DNA of 64,000 bases, taken from Vulcanimicrobiota bacterium (GTDB taxonomy: Bacteria; Vulcanimicrobiota; Xenobia; Xenobiales; JADMJV01). The stretch is from the NCBI GenBank assembly GCA_050250895.1, contig JBFWNU010000004.1:686934-750933 (forward strand), read 5' to 3'. Positions 54,098 to 63,152 of the stretch are shown one piece after another. How positions within the stretch are numbered: position 1 is the stretch's first letter; each line of letters starts with the position of its first letter. The notes under the pieces were generated by a model, which saw only the letters and a program-made list of their open reading frames with translations, was not told the origin of the DNA and searched no databases. Made by a program: the position numbers and the translations under genes.

Positions 54098-54611
54098 GGT
54101 GCCCCTCGACCAGACGGTCGAGTTCGGTTGGGACTGGTTTGGCCGGCCGCGCACGTTCGGCGCCTGGTTTCGTTGTGGTTGGGACGGGCAGCAACTGTCT
54201 TTCGAATTCGGAGTAGACAAGACGCCCGAGTGTGATCCTCACCCGCACGGTAGCTTTAGACAGGAACTGTGGAAGCAAGATGTGGCTGAGATCTTCGTAG
54301 CCGACCGCGAGGGTCGCTATCAGGAATTCAATGTGAGTCCAAGCGGGGCCTGGTGGAGCGCCCTCTTTCGTGGTTATCGCCAGCTCGAGCGCGAAGTGAG
54401 CGAGCCTCCGCTCGAGTTGCAAGCCGAGGGTGGGGTTGGCGTCTGGTGGGTGAAGCTTCGGGTCAAGCCAGCTCTGGAACTGCACAAGCTGAATTTGACG
54501 GCCATTCTTCGGCCCTCGGATCCCGTCTATCTTTGCCTGGGGCATCGCTCCGGGGGTGAGCCGGACTTTCACCGCGCCGACAACTTCCTACCTCTGGCCG
54601 ACTCGGCCTAG
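54087..54611 (+). CDS. DOMON/CBM9-like domain protein
   Basis: LW..DVAE.F.....Y.EFN.SP.G.WW...F..YR, PDFH....F. Confidence 0.8.
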   Translation: MSDRVPLDQTVEFGWDWFGRPRTFGAWFRCGWDGQQLSFEFGVDKTPECDPHPHGSFRQELWKQDVAEIFVADREGRYQEFNVSPSGAWWSALFRGYRQLEREVSEPPLELQAEGGVGVWWVKLRVKPALELHKLNLTAILRPSDPVYLCLGHRSGGEPDFHRADNFLPLADSA

Positions 54612-54650
54612 ATTGCAGGCCCGGCGAGCCCTCGCCAGGAACATTCGCCC

Positions 54651-55679
54651 ATGCGATGGGTCGCTTTAGCCCTGATTTTGATGCTGAGCAGCCCCGGGGG
54701 GGGCCACGAGCTCGAAGGCAGCACGGTGGTCCTGGCCATCACCTATCAGCGCCAGGACGACCGCAACCAACAACTGCTCGAGCGTCACCTGGCAACCCTG
54801 CGACGCCAGGTAGGCTTGAGCGCCGACGAGATGCCGATCGTCTTTCTCGGCTTTCAAGAAGCCGATTGCTCGCCCGAAGTACTCGCCCGCCTGGGGGTGA
54901 CTTGCGACGACGGTCCGCTGGTCTGCATCGTCGAGTGGGGACCCGAGAAGTTCGGCCCCCGCAGGGTGCTCGACGGGGCAGTGGCTCGTCATCTCGACCC
55001 TCAAGACGACCGGGTGGCCGCCATGGTGGCCACCTGGCTCCGCCGGGCCGGTCAGACCGACAAAATTGCTCTCTTGCCCCGACCGCAAACACCCGACCTG
55101 CCGGCGGCCGAACTCGTCCCGGCCCTGGACCAAGCAGTGGTTGCCTTCGTCGAAGGCCGCTACGGCGAGCCCGACGGAGACAACGCCATCGAACTTATCC
55201 AGGGCGCTCTCGACCGCCACGCTGACGCAGCTACGGTAGACCTGCTGGAGCGCTCGGTGGCCGCTTTCGAGAACCAGGCTCGAGCCGCCCTTCACAGCGG
55301 CGACCGGCCCCGGGCCGCCCAGATCTTTCGTCGCCTGGCGGCCCTGTTTCCGGATCGGCCAAGTTATGCTCAGGCGGCCCAGAGCCTGGCTTCGCCCGCC
55401 CGCGACCTGCTGATCGGCAATTGGAGCTATCGCAGCCAGCCGGGACGGGCCAGCTTTGCGGTATCCAAGGACTTCACATGCCAGGCGAACTGGTTTCCCG
55501 AGGGAGGTTCCCCTGCCAAAGAGCCGGGCACGTGGCGGTGCGTGGACCCCGAAGCCCGGGTCTTCGAAATCCGCTGGCGTTGGGGCAATGTCACTCGGGT
55601 CCGCCTGTCCTCCGAAGGCGATTCCTTCGAAAGCGACGGTCTGCTGGACGGTCCGGGTGAAGGTCGGCGCAAAGATTGA
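54651..55679 (+). CDS. Exported hypothetical protein (thioredoxin-like N-terminus, TPR-like middle)
   Basis: Signal-peptide-like start. Consistent strand and context. Confidence 0.7.
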   Translation: MRWVALALILMLSSPGGGHELEGSTVVLAITYQRQDDRNQQLLERHLATLRRQVGLSADEMPIVFLGFQEADCSPEVLARLGVTCDDGPLVCIVEWGPEKFGPRRVLDGAVARHLDPQDDRVAAMVATWLRRAGQTDKIALLPRPQTPDLPAAELVPALDQAVVAFVEGRYGEPDGDNAIELIQGALDRHADAATVDLLERSVAAFENQARAALHSGDRPRAAQIFRRLAALFPDRPSYAQAAQSLASPARDLLIGNWSYRSQPGRASFAVSKDFTCQANWFPEGGSPAKEPGTWRCVDPEARVFEIRWRWGNVTRVRLSSEGDSFESDGLLDGPGEGRRKD

Positions 55680-55716
55680 GCAGGATCCGAGCCTCAATCC
55701 CCATAAAGACTAAAGT

Positions 55717-56268
55717 ATGGCCTTGCGTTCGCTCTTCATCCTAGCTCTGGCGGCCTTCCTTTGCGGACCCGCCCAAGCCGAATCCCTCAACTATCACATC
55801 GAGAAAATCGCCCTCGAAGCTCGGGGTCTGCAGCTTGCTCTGGCGGCCGACGAAACTTCGACCTGGGGGCGCCAGACGGCTAGTGACGACCTGCGCCGTC
55901 TGCAATCGACGGCCGAAGCCTTCAGCCAGTCTCTCGAGGGGGAGCCCAAGCCCTCTTTCGAAGAAGCCACTCAGTTTCTGGTCCAGCTCGAGGTGGCCGC
56001 CGCCCGAGTGCGCACCAGTCGCGAAATCGCCGGCTACGAGGCCGAGCAACAACTGGCCGTGGATCGCATGCTGATGGAGGCCAAAGAGGCTCGCCGTAAC
56101 CTGACTGCCCAGCGCGAGTCGGCCGAGCGCCAGCAAGCCTCGAGGCCTACCACGCGCTTTAGCCTGGGGCTGAGCTTCGGCCGACCCTGGGGCTGGGGCT
56201 ATCCATACTACTATCCGCGCTATCGCTCTTACCCTCGCTACGGTTACCGCCATCGCATTTGTCGCTAA
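55717..56268 (+). CDS. Exported helical protein with Tyr/Arg/Pro-rich tail
   Basis: Signal peptide ending AQA. Ends WGWGYPYYYPRYRSYPRYGY. Confidence 0.8.
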   Translation: MALRSLFILALAAFLCGPAQAESLNYHIEKIALEARGLQLALAADETSTWGRQTASDDLRRLQSTAEAFSQSLEGEPKPSFEEATQFLVQLEVAAARVRTSREIAGYEAEQQLAVDRMLMEAKEARRNLTAQRESAERQQASRPTTRFSLGLSFGRPWGWGYPYYYPRYRSYPRYGYRHRICR

Positions 56269-56269
56269 A

Positions 56270-56299
56270 GAAAAGGAGCCGCCGAAACGGCTCCTTTTC
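56270..56299. terminator. Bidirectional intrinsic terminator
   Basis: GAAAAGGAGCCG-ccgaaa-CGGCTCCTTTTC between convergent genes. Confidence 0.9.
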
Positions 56300-56316
56300 G
56301 CAGGGCGAAGAAACGA

Positions 56317-57825
56317 CTAGAGCTGGACGGTGACAGCTTTCACTTCGGTGTAGTTGTTGATCACCTCGGCACCCATCTCGCGACCCCAGCCCGACTCTTT
56401 GTAGCCCCCGAACGGCAGCGCCGCGTCAAAGACGTTGTAGCAGTTGACCCAGATCGTGCCCGCCTTGATACGGTGGGCGAGCTTGTGGGCCTGGGACAGA
56501 TTCGAGGTCCAGATGCCGGCGGCCAGACCATAGTTGGTCTTGTTGGCGTAATCGACCAGTTCGTCCATGTCGCTGAACGGCGTGGCCGCGACCACCGGCC
56601 CGAAGATCTCATCCCGAACCACCGTCATATCGGGTTTGGTGTCGACTAACACGGTGGGCTCGACAAAATAGCCACTTTCGCCCTTGCGACCGCCGCCGGC
56701 CAGAGCCCTGGCGCCCTCGTCGCGACCCGCCTTGAGAAATCCGCAAACGCGGTCAAGCTGAGTGCGGGACACCAGCGGACCCATCTGGGTCTGGGCGTCG
56801 AGGCCGTGGCCCAGGCGGATCTTCTTGGCCCGCTCGGCCACCCCCTCGACCACTTCGTCAAAACAGTCTTTCTGCACGAACAGCCGGGAGCCGGCACTGC
56901 AGCACTGGCCGTGGTTGAAGAAGATGGCATTCGCTGCCCCGGCGATAGCGGCCTTGCGGGGAGCGTCGGCAAAAACGATGTTGGGCGACTTGCCCCCCAG
57001 CTCGAGCGAAACCTTCTTGAGGTTACTTTTGCCGGCCGCGGCCACGATCAGGCGACCCACCTCGGTGGAGCCAGTAAAGGCCACTTTGTCCACATCCATG
57101 TGGGCAGCCAGCGGAGCCCCCGCTTCTTCGCCAAAGCCGGTGATGATGTTGACGACTCCATCGGGGAAACCGGCTTCACAAAAGAGTTCACCCAGACGCA
57201 AGGCGCTCAAAGGGGTTTCTTCGGCCACTTTCAGCACGATGGTGCAACCGGCGGCGAGGGCCGGAGCCAGTTTCCAGGCGGCCATCAAGAGGGGGAAGTT
57301 CCAGGGAATGATCTGACCCACCACGCCCACCGCTTCGCGGCGAGTGTAAGAGAAGAATTCGGCGCCCGGAGCGAACGGCACGGTGATGGGAATGGTGCTG
57401 CCTTCGATTTTGGTGGCCCAACCGGCCATGTAGCGGAACATGTCGACCGAGAGCGGAACGTCGGCGACTTTGGCCACGCTCATGGGCTTGCCGTTGTCGA
57501 TGCTTTCTAGTTCGGCGAATTCATCCAGGTTCTCTTCGAGCAGGTCGGCGAGTTTCCAGATGAGACGCCCCCGCTCCGAGACGGTTAGCTTGGACCAGGG
57601 GCCGGTTTCGAAAGCCTTGCGAGCGGCGGCCACGGCCTGGTCGATGTCGGCGGCGGCCGCCTGGGCCACCTGGGAGACCTCTTTCTCGGTGGCCGGGTCG
57701 ACTACCGGGAAGGTCTTGTTGGTGGAGGCATCCACCCACTTTCCGTCGATGAGAAGTTGATGTTTGCGGTTGAGAAAAGCGGAGACTTTCGAGCTGTACT
57801 CCACCTTATCGATGACCAGGGACAT
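56317..57825 (-). CDS. NAD-dependent aldehyde dehydrogenase
   Basis: PWNFP, FTGSTE.G, LELGGKSP, GQCC, EIFGPV, PFGGYK.SG.GRE. Confidence 0.97.
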   Translation of the reverse strand: MSLVIDKVEYSSKVSAFLNRKHQLLIDGKWVDASTNKTFPVVDPATEKEVSQVAQAAAADIDQAVAAARKAFETGPWSKLTVSERGRLIWKLADLLEENLDEFAELESIDNGKPMSVAKVADVPLSVDMFRYMAGWATKIEGSTIPITVPFAPGAEFFSYTRREAVGVVGQIIPWNFPLLMAAWKLAPALAAGCTIVLKVAEETPLSALRLGELFCEAGFPDGVVNIITGFGEEAGAPLAAHMDVDKVAFTGSTEVGRLIVAAAGKSNLKKVSLELGGKSPNIVFADAPRKAAIAGAANAIFFNHGQCCSAGSRLFVQKDCFDEVVEGVAERAKKIRLGHGLDAQTQMGPLVSRTQLDRVCGFLKAGRDEGARALAGGGRKGESGYFVEPTVLVDTKPDMTVVRDEIFGPVVAATPFSDMDELVDYANKTNYGLAAGIWTSNLSQAHKLAHRIKAGTIWVNCYNVFDAALPFGGYKESGWGREMGAEVINNYTEVKAVTVQL

Positions 57826-57856
57826 AGGAGACCTCCAGCATTAGGATGGGCCCCGC

Positions 57857-58144
57857 TTAGCCGCAGCGCGTCTGGCCTCCTGTGGGTGAAAATTCAATCT
57901 GGTCGGGCCCGAACACCCGTCGCATCAATCGCCTGGCCAGCGGAAGGGCGAGGATAGCCTGACGGCGGAAGGCTCGGCCAAGAGCGGCGTCAAGTTCGTC
58001 GTCGGTAAAAGAGAGACCCTGCTCGAGGGCCATTTCACAGACCACCTGGCGGGCATAAGCATAAAGACGACGGGGGTTGGTGCGGAAAGTCGCACGGGCC
58101 GCCCAGACCACCTCTTCAACGATTCTCTTCAGCTGCTCGCTCAC
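57857..58144 (-). CDS. Small hypothetical protein
   Basis: GTG lies 6 nt after a TGc-TACTAT extended -10. Fills the intergenic gap. Confidence 0.55.
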   Translation of the reverse strand: MSEQLKRIVEEVVWAARATFRTNPRRLYAYARQVVCEMALEQGLSFTDDELDAALGRAFRRQAILALPLARRLMRRVFGPDQIEFSPTGGQTRCG

Positions 58145-58169
58145 TCCTATATAGTAGCACAAACCGGCC

Positions 58170-58202
58170 ACATTTTGCATATTTGCTTTGTTTGCAAAAT
58201 GT
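58170..58202. promoter_or_regulatory. Inverted-repeat operator candidate between divergent genes
   Basis: ACATTTTGCA-n13-TGCAAAATGT. Confidence 0.6.
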
Positions 58203-58239
58203 TAGAGGAACCTCGCGCCGCGCCGGAAAGAGGCTGGCT

Positions 58240-59883
58240 ATGCGAGCACCTGACCTGATTTTTACCAATGCCAAGATCTGGACGGCCGATGAAGCCAATC
58301 CATGGGCCGATTCGCTGGCCATCGCCGAGAACCGTATTCTGGCCGTGGGCCGTTCCGCAGAAATGCCCGAAGGCGGAAAGAGAATCGACCTGGGGGGACG
58401 ACTGTTGCTGCCCGGGCTGTGGGACGCCCACATCCACTTCTACTATTGGAGCCTGGGACTGCAACAGATTCCCCTGGCCGGCGTAGCCAGCCTGGCCCAG
58501 ATGTTGGAACGCATCGCCGTCTATGTGGCCTCGCAGCCCGGCAACACCTGGGCGCGGGGTTGGGGTTGGAACGAGACCTACTGGGAAGATTCTCGCCTAC
58601 CCCACCGTCGCGATCTCGACCGGGTGACCGGTTCGCATCGTCCGGCCATCTTCTTTCGAGCCGACATGCACTCGGCCGTGGCCAACACCTCGGCCCTGCA
58701 GATGGCAGGCCTCATGGAACCAGGGATGGAGGTCGAGGGGGGTGTCATCGACCGCGACGAAGACGGCTCGCCCACAGGGGTGCTACGAGAACTGGCCATC
58801 AATCTGGTCCGCGACCACATCCCCGCCCCCACCGGCGAGCACACCGACCAGGCCATGCTCGAGGGGATAGCTCGCCTGCACGAAGTCGGTATCACTGGCA
58901 TCTGCGACCAGCGCATGAAGGATCAGGAAGACGGCCCCAAAGCGCTGGCCGCCATGGCTCGCCTCAATCGCCAAGGCAAACTGGACCTGCGGGTCAATTG
59001 CAATATCGCCGCCCATAACCTCTCGCTGCTTGAGGCCCTGGGTCTGGCCTCTCCGATGGGCGACGAACGTCTGCGCCTGGGCCACGTCAAGGTTTTCGCT
59101 GACGGCACGCTGGGCAGTCGCACCGCCTGGATGCTCGAGCCCTTTCTCGGAGACGCGGACAAGCACGAGAATTGCGGACTTTGCCTGACGCCCCCCGAGC
59201 AGATCGCCGAAGAACTGCGTCGGGCCGTGGAGATCGGCTTTCCCGTCAGTATCCACGCGATCGGTGACCGGGCCAATCGAAGTTGCCTGGACCTCTTCGA
59301 GCAACTGCGTTCGGACGGTGTCGAACCCCCGCTCATCCCTCACCGTATCGAGCACGTGCAGATGATCGACTCGGCCGATCTGCCTCGCCTGGCCGAGCTT
59401 GGATTGACCGCCAGCGTGCAGCCGGCCCACGTGCTCGACGATATGGACACGGCCGACGCCTATTTGGGTGAACGAGCCAAACTGGCCTATCGTTTCGCCG
59501 AGTTGGCCAGCCACGGCACGCTGCTGGCTCTGGGCAGCGACGCGCCGGTGGCCGACTACAATCCTTTCTACGGCATGCACGGCGCGGTTTATCGCCAGCG
59601 TCCCGACCGAATGGACCGGCCGGGCTGGTTCGCCGACCAATGCTTGACCCTCGAGCAGACCCTGATGGGCTATACTCTGGGCGCCGCCCAGGCGGCCGGC
59701 TGGTCACGCCTCACCGGCAGCCTGGCGCCCGGCAAGCGAGCCGACTTCTGCGTGCTTGACCGTGACCTCTTTGAACTCGTCGAACAGCGCCAGAGCCTGC
59801 ACGAGACGAAAGTGGTAATGACCCTTTTTGACGGTCAGATCGTGCACAATCGGCTCGAAGTTCCCGCTCTGACAGCCCCGTAG
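58240..59883 (+). CDS. Amidohydrolase 3 (YtcJ-like) metal-dependent hydrolase
   Basis: PG..DAHIH, K.F.DG.LG.RTA, HAIGDRA, RIEH.Q, GSDAPV, G.L.PGK.ADF. Confidence 0.95.
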   Translation: MRAPDLIFTNAKIWTADEANPWADSLAIAENRILAVGRSAEMPEGGKRIDLGGRLLLPGLWDAHIHFYYWSLGLQQIPLAGVASLAQMLERIAVYVASQPGNTWARGWGWNETYWEDSRLPHRRDLDRVTGSHRPAIFFRADMHSAVANTSALQMAGLMEPGMEVEGGVIDRDEDGSPTGVLRELAINLVRDHIPAPTGEHTDQAMLEGIARLHEVGITGICDQRMKDQEDGPKALAAMARLNRQGKLDLRVNCNIAAHNLSLLEALGLASPMGDERLRLGHVKVFADGTLGSRTAWMLEPFLGDADKHENCGLCLTPPEQIAEELRRAVEIGFPVSIHAIGDRANRSCLDLFEQLRSDGVEPPLIPHRIEHVQMIDSADLPRLAELGLTASVQPAHVLDDMDTADAYLGERAKLAYRFAELASHGTLLALGSDAPVADYNPFYGMHGAVYRQRPDRMDRPGWFADQCLTLEQTLMGYTLGAAQAAGWSRLTGSLAPGKRADFCVLDRDLFELVEQRQSLHETKVVMTLFDGQIVHNRLEVPALTAP

Positions 59884-59952
59884 TTTACAACCTGGCAACA
59901 ATTTTCGGCCCGTTCCGAGGCTGTACGAACAGGCCGGCTCTAGGATGTGACG

Positions 59953-62175
59953 ATGAGCATTCTAGGACGTGTCAAAGATAAGCTGAACGAAACAGTCCAC
60001 CGGGTGGAACGAAAGACCAGACCGGTGACCGAGACGGTCAAAGAGGTGGTGCGCAAACGCCCCTCGCTGCCGACCCTGGTCGGGGCCCGCGAAGGCGCCC
60101 GGCAACTCGACAGCGGCTGGCGAGCCTTGACCGGCAAGACCCGCCCTCGTAGCCAGGCTCGAAAAGAGCCGACGGTGCTGCGCTCCGAGCCGGCGCAGCA
60201 GCCCGAGCCGAGAGGTTGGCGCGACCGACTGCGCAGCTCGGCCAGCGACCAATGGAACGGCCTCAAGTCGGGGGCCGCCGACCTGTTAGATCAGGGCAAA
60301 GACAAGTTGCACGACCTCGACCGAACCGCCTTTCATCTGGCCGCCAAGCCCATGGGGGTCGACCTTCATACCGACCGTGGGCTCTTTCAAGAGCTGTTGG
60401 CCGAGCATCCCGACGGCGGCACCAACTGGTCCTGGGGTATCGAGCAGGTCTTCGACGGCATGACCGACGCCCTCGATCGCAGCGGTCAGCAGCGAATGGA
60501 CAGCAACAACCGGGGCTACGACTGGCTCGAGCGCCAGGCCAGCCGGGTCGGCCTGGACGGAGCCGTTCGCTTCGTCGAACGCCAGCATGATAACACTATC
60601 GGAGGCACCAGCAACGCTCTCGAGGGCGTGGTCGGTGGTTTCAAACCGCTGGTGGCGCACCCCATGACCACCCTTTCTCCTGCTTTAACCGTGCAGGAAC
60701 TGGTCACCAACCCTAAAGCCAGCGCCGAACTGCTGGTGAACACCGTGAGCGGGCAAGAGCTCTCGCCCCACCAACAGCAGCAACTCGACGACTTGAACCT
60801 GATCAAGAATTTGGCCAGTGACGCTGGCACGTTGACTCAACTGGCTACCACCCCCGAGGGCGGTCTGTTGCTAGCCTCGGAGGTGCTCGACCGGCCCCTG
60901 ACCAGTCGCCAACAGCATCAGAAAGACGTCTTCTTGCGTTACACTGAGGACTACAAGCAAAGCTATGACGAGTATGGGGTGGCTGGTCTCATCAGTCATG
61001 TGGGCACCGAACTGAGCCTCGAGGTCCTGACCGAGACCGCTACCGGAGGCGGCGGCCTGACCACCCGGGTCGGTCGCGAGGCGGCCGAAGAGGTCGCCGA
61101 AGAGGCCGTCGGAGAGGCCGTCGAACAGACCGCTCGCCGAGGCGCTCGCGAGGTGGTCGACGCCCCCGTGAACCACCGCCTGGTTGACGGGCGCATGGGG
61201 GTGGTGGATGCGCCTGAGGGTGACATTTCCTTCGTCCACCGCGTCAGCGGGCCGGCCGGTGACCCTTCCGAACTGCTCGAAGGCGAGAAATATCTGCTGG
61301 GCCACAGCAACGGCCGGGGAGATTTCATCAGCCATCGCAACCTGCTTGGCTATGACGCTGAGGGCAAGCCCATCTGGGGACATGTCGACGCCCCCACGCC
61401 GCGCCTGCCCAGCCAGCCGGGAGTGGGCTGGCGCAACCGACTCGACTCGCTCCACCCCGGCCAGCGTCGCCGGGCCAGGGCGGCGGCGGAGCGCGACAAT
61501 CTTGGCCTCGAGCAAGAGTTGGCTGGCCGGGGCGAAGCCATCGACGGTGAAGGCCTGCGAGCGATCAGTGACAACTTCAACCAGCGAATGCCTCCCCAAC
61601 GGCTCCGCGTCGGCTCGCAAGAGATCCCGGTCCAAGGCCTGCGCGGCCTGCGCGAGCGGCGGGCGCTGCAGCGAGAACTCGAGCATCTGCGCCAGCAGGG
61701 GGGTGACGGCGTGTTGCGTCAATTCCACGAGGTCATCGTCACCGACCACCCCGGCGTCTTCAATTTCCAACGCTTCGAAAATGGAACCCCGGTGGCCGAC
61801 ATCCTGGGCCGCCCGGTCACGGATCCGGGTCGTCCCGGAGGATTTCACCTCGACAACTTCGATGGCGGCGGTCGAACCCTGTTCATCCACCGCCCTCGGG
61901 TGGGCGACGGAGAGACTCTTTTCCATGAGGTCGGCCACGCCGTCGACTTCAACAACGGCCAACTCAGCCGCCGTTCGAACGCGTTCGGACAGGGGGGGCT
62001 GGCCGACGCTGCTTCGGAATATGGCCTCAACAATGCGGCTGAAGACTTCGCCGAGATCTTCCGGGTGGTGGTCTCGGACCCCGACCAGGCAGCCCGCTGG
62101 ATCGCCGAGAACCCCGGCGGGCTACGTGCCCAGAAGGTACGCGAGGTCCGGCAAGCCCTGGACTGGCTACTCTGA
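59953..62175 (+). CDS. Polymorphic-toxin-like protein with C-terminal zincin (HExxH) metallopeptidase domain
   Basis: LFHEVGHAVD...SEYG..N..EDFAE.F. TETATGGGG pre-toxin-like linker. Confidence 0.75.
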   Translation: MSILGRVKDKLNETVHRVERKTRPVTETVKEVVRKRPSLPTLVGAREGARQLDSGWRALTGKTRPRSQARKEPTVLRSEPAQQPEPRGWRDRLRSSASDQWNGLKSGAADLLDQGKDKLHDLDRTAFHLAAKPMGVDLHTDRGLFQELLAEHPDGGTNWSWGIEQVFDGMTDALDRSGQQRMDSNNRGYDWLERQASRVGLDGAVRFVERQHDNTIGGTSNALEGVVGGFKPLVAHPMTTLSPALTVQELVTNPKASAELLVNTVSGQELSPHQQQQLDDLNLIKNLASDAGTLTQLATTPEGGLLLASEVLDRPLTSRQQHQKDVFLRYTEDYKQSYDEYGVAGLISHVGTELSLEVLTETATGGGGLTTRVGREAAEEVAEEAVGEAVEQTARRGAREVVDAPVNHRLVDGRMGVVDAPEGDISFVHRVSGPAGDPSELLEGEKYLLGHSNGRGDFISHRNLLGYDAEGKPIWGHVDAPTPRLPSQPGVGWRNRLDSLHPGQRRRARAAAERDNLGLEQELAGRGEAIDGEGLRAISDNFNQRMPPQRLRVGSQEIPVQGLRGLRERRALQRELEHLRQQGGDGVLRQFHEVIVTDHPGVFNFQRFENGTPVADILGRPVTDPGRPGGFHLDNFDGGGRTLFIHRPRVGDGETLFHEVGHAVDFNNGQLSRRSNAFGQGGLADAASEYGLNNAAEDFAEIFRVVVSDPDQAARWIAENPGGLRAQKVREVRQALDWLL

Positions 62176-62646
62176 CCAGGTTCGGAGCTGATAGAAGTAG
62201 GGATTCGGTGTGCTGGCCGTGCCCCGGACGAACTCGGCCAGGTCGATCTCGGCGTCGATTCTGGCTTCGGCCAACGGCTCGTTCTCATCGGGACCGAGCC
62301 GGCCCAGACAGACTACCGCCAACATCTGATAAGGCACCAGGCGTCGACCATCGATGCTGACCGTATAATACCCGACGAGTTGGCCCGTGTGGTCGTGGAC
62401 GAACTCGGTGTAACTAAAGATCTGCTCCTCCGAGACAATGGGCGGAGGAAAAGTGACATCCAGGGCCAGCTTGGCTTGCAGGTCGGCCAAACCGGCCAGA
62501 GCGAGTTGCCGGGCCTGAGCCTGGGCACGCGCCTCGGCCACGGCCCGGTGACGCGAGACCGATTGGCTCATGCTCGCCAGCCCGAGCAAGAAGAGCATCG
62601 AGAGCAAGAGCAATGCGCCCACCAACACCGAGGCCCGTCGTTTCAT
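62167..62646 (-). CDS. Minor pilin / pseudopilin, PilX-like
   Basis: RRA|SVLV...hydrophobic, QA..LA.AGL. Confidence 0.75.
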   Translation of the reverse strand: MKRRASVLVGALLLLSMLFLLGLASMSQSVSRHRAVAEARAQAQARQLALAGLADLQAKLALDVTFPPPIVSEEQIFSYTEFVHDHTGQLVGYYTVSIDGRRLVPYQMLAVVCLGRLGPDENEPLAEARIDAEIDLAEFVRGTASTPNPYFYQLRTWSE

Positions 62647-63152
62647 GGGTCACTCACCACAGGCAGATAAGTAGAGCGGGCCAGGCGCCTGATGCGACCA
62701 TCCTGGCTCCAGGATAGGATCATCTCCAGAGTCGGTCCGCTTTGGGTCACCGTAAGACCACTCAGGCCGTTGATGAGGGGACTGGTGTAGCCGGCCGAGG
62801 TCTGGGTCAGACTGCCTGAGGACAACTGATAGACGACCGTCACCCGGGGTTGGTCGGGCTGCCAACCGGTCGGTAGGGTCGCGGGCACGGGATTGGTATA
62901 GCGGACCGCCCCCGGGTCCAACAACTCCAGGGTGAGCAGGCTCGGTCCCGAACTGACGGCTACTGCGCTGCGGGCCTGGCGACAGATAAATTCGAGGGCT
63001 TCGCGAGCGGCCACGGCCTGGCGGGTATCGGCCACCCGCCGCCGGTGATTGGCCGATAAGTCTCTAGCCAGGGTCGAGGCGGCTACAAAAACGACGGCCA
63101 GAATCACCATGGTCGTCATCAGTTCGAGCAGACTAAAGCCCTGCCGTTTCAC
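62643..63152 (-). CDS. Prepilin-type (PilW/GspJ-like) protein
   Basis: QG|FSLLELM. Confidence 0.88.
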   Translation of the reverse strand: MKRQGFSLLELMTTMVILAVVFVAASTLARDLSANHRRRVADTRQAVAAREALEFICRQARSAVAVSSGPSLLTLELLDPGAVRYTNPVPATLPTGWQPDQPRVTVVYQLSSGSLTQTSAGYTSPLINGLSGLTVTQSGPTLEMILSWSQDGRIRRLARSTYLPVVSDP

